From: Squalus acanthias
Taxonomy: Eukaryota
Reading direction: 5' to 3'
DNA: 64,000 bases
Assembly (NCBI GenBank): GCA_030390025.1
Contig: JASTWF010000364.1
Location: 1-64,000, forward strand
Shown here in pieces: positions 62,611 through 64,000 of this stretch (position 1 is its first letter; every line of letters starts with the position of its first letter). A model generated the notes under the pieces. That model searched no databases. It saw only the letters and a program-made list of their open reading frames with translations, and was not told where the DNA came from. The translations under genes and the position numbers were made by a program.

Positions 62611-64000
62611 TCATTGGGTACTGTTGGACGGGGCTGCGGCATCTGCGGGGCCGGTAGCAACTGCCACCCTTCCTTGCGAAATCATGAGGGTGCGCATGGC
62701 TCCCAACATTGATTCGATCGCATCGGGATGGATAGGTGCACCAGCTCCCCTATCAGAGACAGGTGCCTGGGCTCGGACTGCGGGATTTTTATCCCTGGAC
62801 TCCTTCCAAGGATTCCTGCAGTTCTTGCGCCAGTGCCCTGTCTTTCCACATCCGAAACAAGCATTACTGGCCTGTGGGACGCGATTTCCCTCCTGATGCC
62901 ACTCCTTTTGAGCCGGGGCTGTGGGCCGCGCCTCATGCACCTTTCCCTTAAGGGGACGTGCTCCCGCACTCCTGGTATTACGGTACCCTACCGTGAGTCG
63001 ATTTAGGACCGACTCCTCTGTTGTGGCGGGGTTAGTGGGATCAAACCACGCTTTGGCCTGCTCCCTGACGGCTGGAAAACTGTTGGCTACCACACACCTG
63101 AGCCAATGAGTTAAACCGACACCGTCTATGCGGTGACGCGCTGGCGCGCCTGGGCAGCTACGTTGATATACTGGCCACAGCCTGTCGGCGAAAACCTTCG
63201 GGGGTTCTCCCTCCATCTGCACTGTTTGTCCCAATCTAACGAACGGACCTTCATCGTCCGCTCCCAACACTTCCAGGACCTCGTCCCTCAATTCCTCATA
63301 GGTATTATTTCCCCTCTTGCTCTCGTCTGAGAGACACTGAAGGATCGAGCTGTCTAATGAGAACAACAGCATTTTTGCTTTTTCCCCATCGTCGCAGCCG
63401 TTAATGGCTGCGGTTTGCTCTACCTCCCTGAAATGTACGGAAGGGTCGTCTGACTCGGCCAGCTTCCATACGTGACTGATCATAGCCCTCAGCTGGTGTG
63501 CATTGTGCGGCAACACAAGCTGGCTGAGGAGATCCCCCTCTTCCCCACCGTCTCTGTTCGGGCCCCTCTTGATACCCGTGACCGGACACAACGGTCCCGG
63601 CTTCACTTCTACCTCAGGGGGCTCTTCCTCTACTTCTACCACTTCCTTCCTTACCCAGGTTGCCGAATAGCTGGGTGGCGCGGATGGGCACAGTGGCAAA
63701 TACCTCCTCTGCTTTGTTCGGTGGGGATTTCTGAAATTCCCCACCCACCAGCGGCTGGTGTGCTGACGGGCTGATAAGGCACACCATGCCGTGCGCTTTG
63801 TTCAGGGCCTCTTTAAGGTTCCCTATCTCTCTTTGGCAGACGCTGTGATCGGCCCCCTCATGTTTATCCTCGAGGGCCATCTTATATGCCGCCCTAACCC
63901 CCGTTAAGCTCTCTTCCTGGGCTTTTATTTGGGCAGCTAGGCGGGCACATCGTTCCCTTATTCTGCCCTCATTTAACTTTGCCTCAGTGACCTGGCACTC
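62611..64000 (-). pseudogene. gag: Gag (N-terminus beyond window): coiled coil, late domain, capsid-like region, CCHC knuckle; one frameshift near 63740
   Basis: One frame is open from 64000 to 63614 (EGRIRERCARLAAQIKAQEESL...CQREIGNLKEALNKAHGMV). A second is open from 63801 to 62611 with PSAPPSY and CFGCGKTGHWRKNC (62818-62859). Confidence 0.88.

Larger units (their letters stand above)
52621..64000 (-). mobile_element. endogenous retrovirus, lokiretrovirus-like; 5' end lies beyond the window
   Basis: gag-pol-env-PPT-LTR order on the minus strand; YVDD RT, dual RNase H, F-like Env. Confidence 0.9.

Noticed and set aside
58376..63774. Plus-strand ORFs antisense to gag and pol
   Set aside because: Short shadows of GC-rich coding sequence with no motifs.
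63730..63800. Programmed frameshift within gag
   Set aside because: The shift needed is +1 inside the structural protein and no canonical signal is evident; a single-base indel is simpler.

Overview
Repeat-dense vertebrate DNA, very probably a shark or ray (HE1-type SINE tail, SacSINE1/DeuSINE-type SINEs, esterase-ORF1 CR1 LINEs). No host protein-coding exon can be supported. About 1-52.6 kb is a mosaic of SINEs that have grown 33-bp minisatellites, four arrays of a 67-bp minisatellite, other tandem and simple repeats, CR1 fragments, a Harbinger-like MITE and one near full-length CR1. The main object is a minus-strand endogenous retrovirus from 52621 to beyond the window end. It has a 1.63-kb 3' LTR with a PPT and a gag with a coiled coil, an overlapping PSAPPSY late domain and a CCHC knuckle. 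Gag joins an uninterrupted pol in frame across a UGA-CUAG readthrough signal; pol carries PR, a YVDD RT, a dead tether RNase H plus an active RNase H, and IN. The env does not look orthoretroviral: signal peptide, an immunoglobulin-like domain, an RQRR furin site, and a ~450-aa Cys-rich fusion subunit resembling Mononegavirales/baculovirus F. This fits a lokiretrovirus-like element with an apparently captured Ig domain. All family assignments come from motif recognition only; no database search was run.
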